Numbered from the whole stretch's first letter, positions 1 through 12,371 are shown. The stretch: 63,149 nt of DNA, filler included, from Octopus bimaculoides (GCF_001194135.2; 3 parts of 3 records of this genome joined end to end with filler, not necessarily neighbours in it), one strand, 5' to 3'. The notes: generated by a model from the sequence alone, not told the origin. Made by a program: numbers and translations.

Positions 1-99
1 TATATATATATATATATATATATATATGCCAAGATTCACTTCTCTACGACACGCACCTTGTTTTTAGATACGAACTAGAACTAGGTGAACTAATGTCCC

Positions 100-400
100 G
101 ACCGTCCACTGCACAAGACACCACTCAGCAAAGGTTGAGGGGCTGTTTTGTGAACAATGCATCCATTTAGTCAGAATCACTTCAAATGTTTGCAAACAAG
201 TGCGAGCTGTTTTCCGAGTCTAGAAATTTTGTTTCATGTTGACAGAAGTCATGTTTGATTGTCTGCATATGTCTGCTTTCGCTTGGAGATGCTTTCATAG
301 GTCTAATTCTCAGGAAAGCATTGGTAACAGACACTGTCTTGCTCGATGTAAGTAGCCCTGAACACAACAAATGCATATCTGGTGCAAACCGAACGCTCTC
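100..400 (-). pseudogene. Possible degraded Penelope-like GIY-YIG endonuclease remnant
   Basis: Minus-strand frames give ATYI(E/G)-KT followed by RHMQTIKHDFCQHETKFLDSEN...ALFTKQPLN. This resembles the YIG...HxFxxxxxKILDxE...IxxxxPxLN pattern of PLE endonucleases, but needs frameshifts. Confidence 0.35.
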
Positions 401-641
401 CTTATTACACAAGACAATTAGCTCTCATGCAGTACGTTATAAATACAGTCGCTTTCACATATAAAGTGATGTAACTAACACAATGTTATTAGACAATGAA
501 CTTACATTTGAACACAATTCATAATGTTTGATTCTTGGTTCTCAACGCATAGACACTTGAAATTTAAAACTACTAAATATACACGAGAAAATAATTTAAA
601 TAAATATATCAAATAAACTTTATCAACAGCTTTATGTATTT

Positions 642-1143
642 ACTAATTTTGTCGTTTATATTACTGCGTGTATTGATTATAAATTTTATTTGAAAACTTA
701 TTTAAAATACTGGCCAACGAATCTAAAGTTATGACTGACAGTCTATCTATCCATCTATCTATCTATCTATCTATCCGTTTGCTTATATTTAAAAGGTCAA
801 AATTCTTTTAATGTTAACATTTTATTTGCATTTTCCAGCGACATAAAGATCACGATCACATTTTAAGATGAACTTTGGGGTAAAGAGATAAGAAAATTTA
901 TTCCATGTGCATACTGTGTGACAATATATACATGCACACACCTGGAAAGGGCGGAAAAGAGAAAGAGAAGAAAGCGTCACAGATACACACGCACGCGCAG
1001 GTACACACACACACACACACATGGACAAACATGCACACAGACAAAGACATACGCGCACACACACAAACACACAGATACACAAACCACACACGTATATATA
1101 TGCATCTATGTTTATATGGTATGTACGTATGTATGTATGTATG

Positions 1144-1177
<34 letters not shown>

Positions 1178-1180
1178 TAT
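642..1180. repeat. Compound microsatellites (ATCT)n, (CA)n, (TATG)n
   Basis: Direct reading; these explain ORFs 822-1276. Confidence 0.9.
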
Positions 1181-1277
1181 ATCAAAATAAGCAACAGGAT
1201 ATCAAGTAGTAATGCAGTACGACCGTTTCAAGCGGTCGTACTGCATTGCTACTTGATATGCTGTTGCTTATTTTGAT
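1181..1277. repeat. Inverted repeat, 45-bp arms, 7-nt loop
   Basis: ATCAAAATAAGCAACAGGATATCAAGTAGTAATGCAGTACGACCG-TTTCAAG-reverse complement, with 2 mismatches. Confidence 0.92.
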
Positions 1278-1368
1278 TTTATTCACCTTACTTCGAGCTG
1301 TGCGGATAATATTGGACTGAGTTGGTGCTTCAACTTAAGTACCTTATTCAACAGAATCTTAATTATTT

Positions 1369-1400
<32 letters not shown>

Positions 1401-2135
1401 NNNNNNNNNNNNNNNNNNNNNNNNNNNNNNNNNNNNNNNNNNNNNNNNNNNNNNNNNNNNNNNNNNNNNNNNNNNNNNNNNNNNNNNNNNNNNNNNNNNN
1501 NNNNNNNNNNNNNNNNNNNNNNNNNNNNNNNNNNNNNNNNNNNNNNNNNNNNNNNNNNNNNNNNNNNNNNNNNNNNNNNNNNNNNNNNNNNNNNNNNNNN
1601 NNNNNNNNNNNNNNNNNNNNNNNNNNNNNNNNNNNNNNNNNNNNNNNNNNNNNNNNNNNNNNNNNNNNNNNNNNNNNNNNNNNNNNNNNNNNNNNNNNNN
1701 NNNNNNNNNNNNNNNNNNNNNNNNNNNNNNNNNNNNNNNNNNNNNNNNNNNNNNNNNNNNNNNNNNNNNNNNNNNNNNNNNNNNNNNNNNNNNNNNNNNN
1801 NNNNNNNNNNNNNNNNNNNNNNNNNNNNNNNNNNNNNNNNNNNNNNNNNNNNNNNNNNNNNNNNNNNNNNNNNNNNNNNNNNNNNNNNNNNNNNNNNNNN
1901 NNNNNNNNNNNNNNNNNNNNNNNNNNNNNNNNNNNNNNNNNNNNNNNNNNNNNNNNNNNNNNNNNNNNNNNNNNNNNNNNNNNNNNNNNNNNNNNNNNNN
2001 NNNNNNNNNNNNNNNNNNNNNNNNNNNNNNNNNNNNNNNNNNNNNNNNNNNNNNNNNNNNNNNNNNNNNNNNNNNNNNNNNNNNNNNNNNNNNNNNNNNN
2101 NNNNNNNNNNNNNNNNNNNNNNNNNTATATATATG

Positions 2136-2233
2136 CAACGGCTTCTTTCAGTTTCCGTCTACCAAATCCACTCACAAGGCTTTGGTCGGCCCGAGGCTAT
2201 GGTAGAAGTCACTTACCACACAGCCATTCCTGC
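2136..2233 (-). mobile_element. tRNA-SINE family A fragment (internally deleted)
   Basis: Contains CTTCTTTCAGTTTCCGTCTACCAAATCCACTCACAAGGCTTTGGTCGGCCCGAGGCTA, the same block as the full copy at 24641-25082. Confidence 0.85.
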
Positions 2234-2709
2234 GATATATACAAAATATGGGTGTTTAGTTCACAGGTGATCTAAACGACTAGGTACGCTGGGTAAGTGC
2301 TGTGAGGGATTTCCAGGGCTCCGAGGTCATAGCTGAGGCGGGAGTTACGCAACCATTGTAGATTTCCGATATAGTGGACATATAATTGTTAAGGAGGACA
2401 AGTGTTAAGGCAAGACAAACATCTCAAGTCATATACGTTATTATTATTGGAAAACTTCAAAGTCTTACACTTGTTTCTGGGATATCCCAAAGTATGAGAT
2501 ATTCCATCACCGGAGACAAATAGGGAAAATGTGAGGGGTATGGATTAATGAAACGATGACATTGAGTACAGGAGAAAAGGAATAACGAAATGAGGAAAAA
2601 GAAGAAAAAGGAACCATAAACGTTCACAGATCTACTTTCCGATAGTGTAGATGTTAGTCCGTACGTTCTTAGGTGCAATCTTGTATAAATCCTTGTATGG
2701 TTATAGCCT

Positions 2710-2935
2710 TAATAGTCTAATTCGTGCCGATTTTTAAAGGAAAGAAAAAGGTGAATAAATACTTGCCATTACATTTTTGATCAACCAAAAATGAACCGTT
2801 TTGTTGCACAATGCGTCTCCATTTTTCCTTCAACTTCAAAATACCCTCTTCCCAGAATTGAGGAGGTTTCATGGCAAATAAGTCGAAAGGTAAGCTACTA
2901 TAAATCAGCACGAACTTTTCGGACAACCCAATATT
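2710..2935 (-). mobile_element. Mariner transposase C-terminal remnant
   Basis: FAMKPPQFWEEGILKLKEKWRRIVQQNGSF matches the mariner C-terminal F..K..F...GI..L..RW......G.Y pattern. Confidence 0.75.
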
Positions 2936-4611
2936 TTATTTTGTATATTTTTACGTTAACTTCCTTTACCTCCTCCCCTCTCCTTATTTATCCTCATACA
3001 CACACACGCACACACACACACACATATATATATATATANNNNNNNNNNNNNNNNNNNNNNNNNNNNNNNNNNNNNNNNNNNNNNNNNNNNNNNNNNNNNN
3101 NNNNNNNNNNNNNNNNNNNNNNNNNNNNNNNNNNNNNNNNNNNNNNNNNNNNNNNNNNNNNNNNNNNNNNNNNNNNNNNNNNNNNNNNNNNNNNNNNNNN
3201 NNNNNNNNNNNNNNNNNNNNNNNNNNNNNNNNNNNNNNNNNNNNNNNNNNNNNNNNNNNNNNNNNNNNNNNNNNNNNNNNNNNNNNNNNNNNNNNNNNNN
3301 NNNNNNNNNNNNNNNNNNNNNNNNNNNNNNNNNNNNNNNNNNNNNNNNNNNNNNNNNNNNNNNNNNNNNNNNNNNNNNNNNNNNNNNNNNNNNNNNNNNN
3401 NNNNNNNNNNNNNNNNNNNNNNNNNNNNNNNNNNNNNNNNNNNNNNNNNNNNNNNNNNNNNNNNNNNNNNNNNNNNNNNNNNNNNNNNNNNNNNNNNNNN
3501 NNNNNNNNNNNNNNNNNNNNNNNNNNNNNNNNNNNNNNNNNNNNNNNNNNNNNNNNNNNNNNNNNNNNNNNNNNNNNNNNNNNNNNNNNNNNNNNNNNNN
3601 NNNNNNNNNNNNNNNNNNNNNNNNNNNNNNNNNNNNNNNNNNNNNNNNNNNNNNNNNNNNNNNNNNNNNNNNNNNNNNNNNNNNNNNNTATATATAAATA
3701 CATGAACTACACCTATACACACTAAAGGCTAAAAGCTATATAAAACCTAGAGAACACTGAAAGATTGATATGATTTTAACCAGAGATCAGCCAGTAGAAT
3801 CAAAATAATGGAGGCAGTTCTTTCTTAAAGAAATAAACCTAGATGAGTTAATTGAAAATTCTGCCATTAGTCTAACTAATACCTTAGCATCTGGGTTGCA
3901 TTTTTAATCGCATGCATGTTTTGAAAATTCAACACCACAAACTAATGTAGTGATCGTTAGCAGCAATACGATACCGATCTTTGGTTAGAATGATTTTAAT
4001 CTTCTCACACATCTAATGCTGTTGTGAGAGAATGGATATCACAACATTCCCTTCTGTCTTGTAATATGAAGTGATAATTGCTAGGTGAAAAATAAACGTT
4101 ATACAATCCACCATCTTTTTCAAAGGAAAGACATTAGCCTATTTACGGATGTAGAATTTAAATTTTACAGGCCTGTGTGTATTTAAAATGCTCAATATCA
4201 TGACCATGTACACAGTGAATTATTCGTGGTTGACTAAATATCTATGAACTACATTCCTTCATCTCTTTTTACTCTACATCAATAACTAATCTCTCTCTCT
4301 ACCTCTCACTACCATTGTTTCCCATGCACATTTACTCTTTCTTCGTTAAAGACTCCAATGTTGAGATAATTATATTCCATTCGTAGCAATATTGAAGACA
4401 GGGATGTGATAACGGATGCATCTGAGAATACACATTCAAAGCTTGGACAATTGGTTTTAAATCGTGCCATTTTCATAATATCACTCGCATGTTTATGTCG
4501 ACATTACCAGTGGCGTTTATTAAATGTGGAATAAATATTGTGTAAAGATAGTCAAAATCTGCCTTACCGGTCGATATAATTTCATGAGTACATTATGTAT
4601 AAACATGTCCT

Positions 4612-5000
4612 TTATCATTTACTCGTTTCAGTCATTATACTTTTGCCATGCTGGGTCAGACTCATAGAATTTTTAGTTGAATGAATCGACCCCTGTACGT
4701 ATTCCTTTCAAGCTTGGTACTTATTCTATCGGTGTTTTTGTCGAACTGCTAAGATACTAGGACGCAAACACATCAACGCCGGTTTCTAGTGATGGTGGGG
4801 AACAAACACAGACACAAATTCACACCCACTCATATATATTGGCAGACTTCTTTTAGTCTCCGTCTACCAAATGCACTCACAAGGTTTTAGTTGGCACGAG
4901 GCTATAGTAGACGTCCCTTGCCCAATATGCCACGTAGTGGGACTGGACCCAAGACCAGATGACTGGGAAGCTAACTTCTCAGCACACAACCACGCTTACG
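4612..5000 (-). mobile_element. tRNA-SINE family A, near full length
   Basis: Colinear with 24641-25082 (GTCTACCAAATGCACTCACAAGG core, tRNA-like head at the high end). Confidence 0.85.
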
Positions 5001-5065
<65 letters not shown>

Positions 5066-6097
5066 ATATGTATGCATGTATGTATGTATATATATATANN
5101 NNNNNNNNNNNNNNNNNNNNNNNNNNNNNNNNNNNNNNNNNNNNNNNNNNNNNNNNNNNNNNNNNNNNNNNNNNNNNNNNNNNNNNNNNNNNNNNNNNNN
5201 NNNNNNNNNNNNNNNNNNNNNNNNNNNNNNNNNNNNNNNNNNNNNNNNNNNNNNNNNNNNNNNNNNNNNNNNNNNNNNNNNNNNNNNNNNNNNNNNNNNN
5301 NNNNNNNNNNNNNNNNNNNNNNNNNNNNNNNNNNNNNNNNNNNNNNNNNNNNNNNNNNNNNNNNNNNNNNNNNNNNNNNNNNNNNNNNNNNNNNNNNNNN
5401 NNNNNNNNNNNNNNNNNNNNNNNNNNNNNNNNNNNNNNNNNNNNNNNNNNNNNNNNNNNNNNNNNNNNNNNNNNNNNNNNNNNNNNNNNNNNNNNNNNNN
5501 NNNNNNNNNNNNNNNNNNNNNNNNNNNNNNNNNNNNNNNNNNNNNNNNNNNNNNNNNNNNNNNNNNNNNNNNNNNNNNNNNNNNNNNNNNNNNNNNNNNN
5601 NNNNNNNNNNNNNNNNNNNNNNNNNNNNNNNNNNNNNNNNNNNNNNNNNNNNNNNNNNNNNNNNNNNNNNNNNNNNNNNNNNNNNNNNNNNNNNNNNNNN
5701 NNNNNNNNNNNNNNNNNNNNNNNNNNNNNNNNNNNNNNNNNNNNNNNNNNNNNNNNNNNNNNNNNNNNNNNNNNNNNNNNNNNNNNNNNNNNNNNNNNNN
5801 NNNNNNNNNNNNNNNNNNNNNNNNNNNNNNNNNNNNNNNNNNNNNNNNNNNNNNNNNNNNNNNNNNNNNNNNNNNATATATATATATATATATATATAAA
5901 TTTAGTAAATGGAGTAATACGCATATGTTAAATGAATTCTTTTATTTCCAGCATATGTTTCGAAGATTACAAATGGTTCCTTCCAAAGGAATAGGTGATG
6001 TTGATAAAGATGTAATCTTCTCTTCACGGAGATACATAGGAACTAGCTTAACCGTAAGACATTTTAACCGAATGTATATATATATATATAATATATG

Positions 6098-7194
6098 CAA
6101 ACTGATATTGAACACTTCAACCACCTCCTCCGATTTACAGAATTCTTCAACTGTAAGGATTTAAATGATGAGTCAATAGTCATAAATAAATCCCACTTCA
6201 CCTCCTACAAGGGAAAGGACAAGACACGATTTCAAAATTTCCCCTAAATACCAAAGATGCAAATAAAACCTACGTGAAGAAGAAAAGGAAGCCTTACAAA
6301 CACTAAAGAATAACAACTCAATCATCCTAAAACAAGCCGATATGGGAGGGGCGATAGTAATCATGGACAAAGATTATTATAAAGATAAAATATTGGAAAT
6401 GTTAACAAACCAAACCTACTACAAGGAAGAACCCAGGCACCCAGAAAAAAACAATAATGTATAAAATCAGAAAACTAATCAATGAATTCCAAGATTCCTT
6501 CACAGACAAGGAGAAAGATTATATATGCAACTCTGTAATCAAAGAGAGCAATTTCTACGGATTACCTAAAATCCACAAAAGCTCCGAAATACGAAATGTC
6601 ATAAATAGGTCGGAGAACCAGTACGTAAAAATACTAAGGCCTGCTAACCTCAAACTAAGACTAATAGTTGCTGGACCTTAATCACCAACACAACAACTAA
6701 GTCACTTTTTAGATATACTCCTAAATCCTTTGTGCTCTTTAATACCCAGTTATGTACGGGATGGCATACATTTCATCCAACACATCCCTCCTACTGTCGC
6801 AGAAGGTACTATAACCACAAGGTTTGATGCCACCAATCTCTATACTAATATACCTCACACTTTAGGCCTAGAAGCAATCAAACACTGGGTAGAGAAACAT
6901 AGAGAACGGATAAATGAACGCTTCAAGACTGACTTCATCACCAAGGCCACAGGCCTAGTACTAGAAGAAAATACCTTTAGATTCGACAATAAAACATATC
7001 GATAGATAAAGGGCACGGAGTACAAGAAATATATCATTAAAAAGTGGAAATGCTTCCCTGATTATTGCTTCATCTTCTGGGACCGATCGAATGAAGACCA
7101 CCTAAGTATATTTGGCCTTATACTGAACACACTTTACTCATCCATCAAATTCACGACAGAATCCAGTTGCAATGAATTACCATTCCTGGATATG
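6098..7194 (+). pseudogene. Penelope-like element reverse transcriptase, degraded
   Basis: EALQTLKNNNSIILKQADMGGAIVIMDK, FYGLPKIHK, LRLIVAGP, FDATNLYTNIPH, FRFDNKTYR*IKG, LNTLYSSIKFT and LPFLD are PLE RT hallmarks. There are stops, frameshifts and loss of the AMG region. Confidence 0.92.
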
Positions 7195-7224
7195 CACACA
7201 ACTAAGTAGAGTGTACTGTAAAAT

Positions 7225-7383
7225 ATAATAAGAACTTTTTTCAGTTTATCGTACTTCGATACAAAAACAATTCACAACCTTCCATCTCAATAAACTGCTA
7301 CTGTCCCTGAAAGTTGTTTTTAATATTTACTACGGATTGCTTGAAGCTAATTTCCTTCCTACACCTCGATCTCTGGATCTTAC

Positions 7384-7388
<5 letters not shown>
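7225..7388 (+). mobile_element. PLE 3' tail, second copy at 41477-41638
   Basis: Colinear match (AATAAGAA...GTACTTCGATAC...TGTCCCTGAAAGTTG...TTGAAGCTAA...CACCTCGATC..TGGATCTTACATTT) ending at (TA)n. Confidence 0.85.
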
Positions 7389-7421
<33 letters not shown>

Positions 7422-7594
7422 NNNNNNNNNNNNNNNNNNNNNNNNNNNNNNNNNNNNNNNNNNNNNNNNNNNNNNNNNNNNNNNNNNNNNNNNNNNNNNN
7501 NNNNNNNNNNNNNNNNNNNNNNNNNNNNNNNNNNNNNNNNNNNNNNNNNNNNNNNNNNNNNNNNNNNNNNNNNNNNNNNNNNNNNNNNNNNNNN

Positions 7595-7628
<34 letters not shown>

Positions 7629-7682
7629 ATAGATTCCCTTGTCATGAACGATAAATGAAAGTTCAGAAAAATAAACCTCTAA

Positions 7683-8078
7683 TCATGTTCTATGGACACG
7701 AATGTGTCTCTTAAGGCCTGCTAATGCCTTGCAAACCTTTTGGAAAATGGAACAAGTTGAGGACTCAGTTTGCTCGAGTGCTTGTGGAGCATTTACCATG
7801 AGTGGAGGGTAAGGCTTGCTTTGCTTCGTGCCACAAAACCACAATGGCATCGTTTTGCCAGCGTGTCTTCATCCTTGCACGAATTTGGTCCCGATGCTAG
7901 AGTCGACTTTGCTCAAAACTTTGAACTGAGGAGAAGCTGGACTGGTGCCAGGTCCTGCGTGTTGATGCTTTCTTTGCCCAGGAAGAAAAGAGAATGTTGC
8001 ATTGCTTCATATTCTCCTTTAGTTTGTCTTTGAAGCGCAGAGTGGCTTTCCAACTGACCTACTTGTTGGGAATTTGCC
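7683..8078 (-). mobile_element. RTE-clade LINE 3' end with C-terminal zinc finger
   Basis: GKP/TLRFKDKLKENMKQCNILFSSWAKKASTRRTWHQ...SFEQSR and CSI(C)PKVCKALAGLKRHIRVHRT*. Confidence 0.8.
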
Positions 8079-8371
8079 ATATGTGTATGTGTGTGTGTGT
8101 GTGTGTGTGTTTCTGTGTGTGTATATTTCTGTGTTTACACATTGTTCAGGTTAAATTAGACGATTTTTATGACTCCCTTTTCTTGGAACACCTTACTGTA
8201 TTGGTGAACGGTCAATGGCGTGGGCGAGCATAAATATTAATGTTGTTGATGAGAAAAAGTTAGCTGACATGGACGACTAGAAACCAGCTAAATGCTGAGA
8301 AGGTGAGTGTAGTAGGTTGAAATTTTGAATAAATTTTCTTTCTATTAAAGAAGCCGAATATTTATATACCA

Positions 8372-8404
8372 TTCGATGATGGCTTAGCTGGCCGAAACTT
8401 CGAA
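8372..8404 (+). ncRNA. Degenerate minimal type I hammerhead motif (PLE-end type)
   Basis: TTC-(CT)GATGAT-GGC-TTAGCTG-GCC-GAAAC-TTC-GAA: stem I TTC/GAA, stem II GGC/GCC, AATAAA at 8437. Confidence 0.5.
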
Positions 8405-8522
8405 GTCACTGCCAACACCAATTCTTGTTAAAGAACAATAAATGTGTACTCTACCAAATGCATTGAGTGATCCTTCAGAGTAATATAAAATTGTTTTTAT
8501 TACAATACAAAAACAAACATTA

Positions 8523-8553
<31 letters not shown>

Positions 8554-8568
8554 TAGACTGACAGACAT

Positions 8569-8619
<51 letters not shown>

Positions 8620-9365
8620 TGCAGAGAGATAGTATTAAATAGCTGGACAACACAAAAATATGTGTTAGCGTGTTTGTATGCCTGTCTGGCGCTATGTCTG
8701 ATTTTGTGTTTATTTTGATATATCCAAGTGTGTACGTTTGCTTCCAGTACATTTAATCTTTCACTCTGTTGACTAATTATTTCTCTCTGAGTCTTAACAG
8801 AGCAGGAAGTGCAAGAATAGAGCAGCATTACGATGAAATACAGACAAACAATGTAGCCTCATTAGCTATGAATGATCACATGTTACAAACAACATTGGCT
8901 TCACAGAAGAGACATTTTCAAATCGAAAGCTCTACTATAAAACAGATATATTCTTCTTTTCCTTTTTTTCTAATGATAAAAAGACCCCACTTCTAATCTG
9001 AACGATTGGTTTTAAACATTTCACTTGTTTTTCGAAATTATTTCTTTAACAATTCTTGGGGATTGTTCTACCACAATTTGTGTCCAATTAGTGTATGTAC
9101 CATTCAATTTTAATAAGAATGGGGTTGTACTTGTAAAATTATATTTAAAAATAACTAACACCACTTAATGGCAAAGTTGAATTAATACAGTACTGGGTAA
9201 GGTTTGCAATCCCGATCTCATTAGCTGTATGGTGATGTAATTGCGTCCCCGAAGTATATAACATTCAACTGCTTTGTAAATATAGTTAGGAATATGGGCC
9301 AGTGAGTAATATAGGTAACAGGTGGTAGGAAGATGAAACTCTTCGTCAATATGACTATGTGGAAC

Positions 9366-9550
9366 AAGGCGGTGAGGTGATTGGATTGTTACCGCGCCAG
9401 ACAATAATGCTCAGCGATATTTTGCCCGTCTTTGCGCTCTGAGTTCAAACCCTGCCCTGGTCGACTTTTTGCCTTTCATCCTTTCGAGTTCGATAAAATG
9501 AGTATCAGTTGAGCACTGGGATCGATGTAATCGACTTAGCCTTTCCTACG
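9366..9550 (+). mobile_element. tRNA-SINE family B, diverged
   Basis: Colinear with 37611-37827 (GAGTTCAAA...GGTCGACTTT..GCCTTTCATCCTTTCG). Confidence 0.8.
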
Positions 9551-9563
9551 AAACTCCTGTCGT

Positions 9564-9835
9564 AAGTTTTCTTAAAACTAGATGCATTTTGCTTTTTCAA
9601 AAATTTGTTGAAATCTTCGAGAGTAAGCCTCGAAGGTTACTCTTTCTTCGGGGTCATATATGAATTCGCTGATGGAATTTGCAACATGGTCAGGTGAAAA
9701 TGTATTTTCGGGATTGGTTATCAACTTCATTAAGTGTAGCATTTGCTGCTGCAATCCTTGTTGCTGTTCTCGTTTTTCTTTGAGTTGTTCTTGCTATTTT
9801 TGCAACTCAACTATCCCAGTTAGCAAGTCTTCCAT
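9564..9835 (-). pseudogene. gag: Ty3/Gypsy gag N-terminal remnant (Mag-like)
   Basis: MEDLLTGIVELQK*QEQ...VANSISEFIYDPEERVTFEAYSRRFQQIFEK..AK/HLVLRKL resembles the F.YDP....TF..W..R...F...KVRLLLRKL gag motif. It lies about 100 nt downstream of a PBS. Confidence 0.7.
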
Positions 9836-9935
9836 ATTTTACAATTTTCGTAAGTTTGTACAAGATTTTTGTTTCATTTTTGTCAAGGTATTTAATTTTC
9901 CACGTGAATTAGTTTAAACTCTCCGTGTGAATGAC

Positions 9936-10340
9936 TGTCGCCAATGTTGTAAATCGGTTTTTTGCCACTGTTGTAAAGCGGGCTATTGCCACTGTTGTAT
10001 CTGTCTTTTGAAGACGGTTGTCGCTATGACAGATATTGTTATCTTCCGAAGACGTCGATAGAATGTTTCTATATGGTACTATACGACCCCCAGTCGTACA
10101 GTGTTGTTATCCTCAACAAGCTGGATCATTATAACGTCCACTAAGTATCACATTATAATTACTATATCAGCACAGACACGACTATCAACACAGTCTACAC
10201 GTACTCTCGACCTTCTGACCTTCTTTCTGTCGACCGGTTACTGGACTATTTATAATGGCTGTCTACTACCACTTTTTACCAGGAGGGGTGTACAAGTTCA
10301 CTATGCAACAGTTGCCTGAGGTACTACAGAGATATACTGA
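9936..10340 (-). mobile_element. Gypsy PBS (TGGCGACAG) and adjacent 5' LTR; outer LTR boundary uncertain
   Basis: Minus strand reads ...ACAACA-T-TGGCGACAG at 9935-9950. A TATA-like TTATAAATA lies near 10250 and a candidate TG start near 10340. Confidence 0.6.
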
Positions 10341-11327
10341 CATGCTACTAATGCATTTTGAACTACTGACCAATGAAATAAGTAGTATACTACGTTATCA
10401 ATGTCAGTCGTCTCGCCTATACACCGTTTACTAATTACATGTTTAATTCTGTGTGATTTATATCTATGTAAATGATGCTAACATAAACATGAAATGAAAC
10501 GGTAGCAATATTGATAAGGTTTTTCTATGTTAGCGGTGCATTTAATTTTGCTGTGAGTCAATCAATAAGTTTATAGTAGAAGACGTATCTAATTGTAGAA
10601 GCTTATCCGATGGTACATCACTGGCAGTTTCTTCATTTTGATTAGATCGAAATTGCCTGCGTTACATGATCATACATAAAATGTGTAGGAATATATTAAC
10701 GCCTTTAGAACTGCTAGAGCTCAACAGGGCAGTATGTTTCTCAGCATGATTCTACATGTTTTAAATCGATAGGAAGTGTTGCTTTTAATCCAATGGTTGG
10801 CATGTTTTTAGTTTAATTCTCGCGTGAATTGAAATTATTTTTCTTGTCGTGGGAAATATGGCAAAATATTGATTTCTGACATTAGCACGACGTCAAAAGT
10901 TTTTGAGGAATGAACACAGCCAATTAAATTGTTGCTTAGCTTATCGACCCTTGGAAACTAAAGAGTTCAACTTTGGTGAATTCCAACAGATCCTGGATTA
11001 TTGATTTCGGTGAGAGCAGTGATAAAACGACTGTGATATCAATGTATGTATGCGTTTATATATGTATGCATGTATGTATGTATTTATGTATGTATATATA
11101 TATGTTATCAATCAGTTTCATTTCTGTATTTCTTGTCAATAGAGAAAGAGCCGGACTCTAACATAGATTCAAGGTTCCTTCATTAGAACTTTTATCAACA
11201 TCATCTAGGTATTTGTGCATATGTGTGTGTGCAGTATTTGGTGTTAGTGTATGCGCAGATTTGTATGTTTGCTTTATGGATGCGTTTTTATGTATATATT
11301 TTTATGTCTAGATGCATGCATATGTAT

Positions 11328-11486
11328 TCATGTGCTAAATTTTTGAAAAGTTTTGCATATCTTTACAGTTCCATTGATGGCTTGAATCTGTAGTCTTCTA
11401 ATCAGCCTTTTTCTTTCAGGTTTTGAGAACTCTAATTTTTCCAGGTTTTTATTGAGGCAGTTCGTTTCATATCCCAATGCCCCAAC
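11328..11486 (-). mobile_element. 3' end of a restriction-like-endonuclease LINE (R4/Dong-like)
   Basis: VGALGYETNCLNKNLEKLEFSKPERKRLIRRLQIQAINGTVKICKTFQKF resembles the GALG......L..L......I..IQ.....GT..I C-terminus of RLE LINEs. Confidence 0.6.
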
Positions 11487-11564
11487 ATGTACGTATGTAT
11501 GTATGTATGTATGTATGTATGTATGTATGTATGCATGCATATATGTATACGCGTATATATGTAT

Positions 11565-12026
11565 ATTTTACTTACTTCAGTCATACGACTGCGACCATCT
11601 TGAGGCACTACCTTGGAGAATTTTAGTCGAACGAATTGCTCCCAGCACTTATTTCTTTCAGCCTTGAACTTATTCTTATTTTGCCGAATTGCTATGTTAC
11701 GAGGATACCCCAACACCAGTTGTCAAGTGGAGGGGGTCACAAACACACACACATACACGCGCGCTTATGCACACATACATACATACATACATACATACAT
11801 ACATACATACATACATGCATGCATGCATATATGTATTATGCATGTATATATGTATGTATAAGACGGGATTCTTTTTCAGTTTTCGTCTACCGAATCCACT
11901 CACAAGGCATCGGTTAGCACGAGGTTTTAGTAGAAGACATCTGCCCAATGAGCCACGCAGTGAGACTGAACCTGAAACAATGTGATTGGGAAGCAAACTT
12001 GTTACTACACAACCACGCTTGCGCCT
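11565..12026 (-). mobile_element. tRNA-SINE family A with internal (TACA)n expansion
   Basis: Both halves are colinear with 24641-25082. Confidence 0.85.
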
Positions 12027-12333
12027 GTTCATGTTTGTTTATAAGTCAGCTTATATATAAAAGCATTTTCACATTAAACTGAAGGACTACTCAACATCTT
12101 TTAGTAAAGTACATATTTGCTAAAATTAACAAGGAAAAGGTTGACTGAGTCTTCGAAGTTACGGGTTGGCTCACCATCATTAGACTGTTTGATGATGAAA
12201 AAGAAGTCGAAAATTCGAAGTCAGTGTCAATCTTTCCTTGTCAAAATTAGCGTGTGTGTGTGTGTATATATATATATGTGTGTGTGTGTGTGCGTGTGTG
12301 TGTATATATGAATGTAAATATATATGTGTGTGC

Positions 12334-12370
<37 letters not shown>

Positions 12371-12371
12371 A

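Noticed and set aside
8769-8996. ORF after a plausible splice acceptor (TTCTCTCTGAGTCTTAACAG) as a host exon
   Set aside because: No recognisable domain, no donor and no partner exons; it cannot be supported without RNA data.
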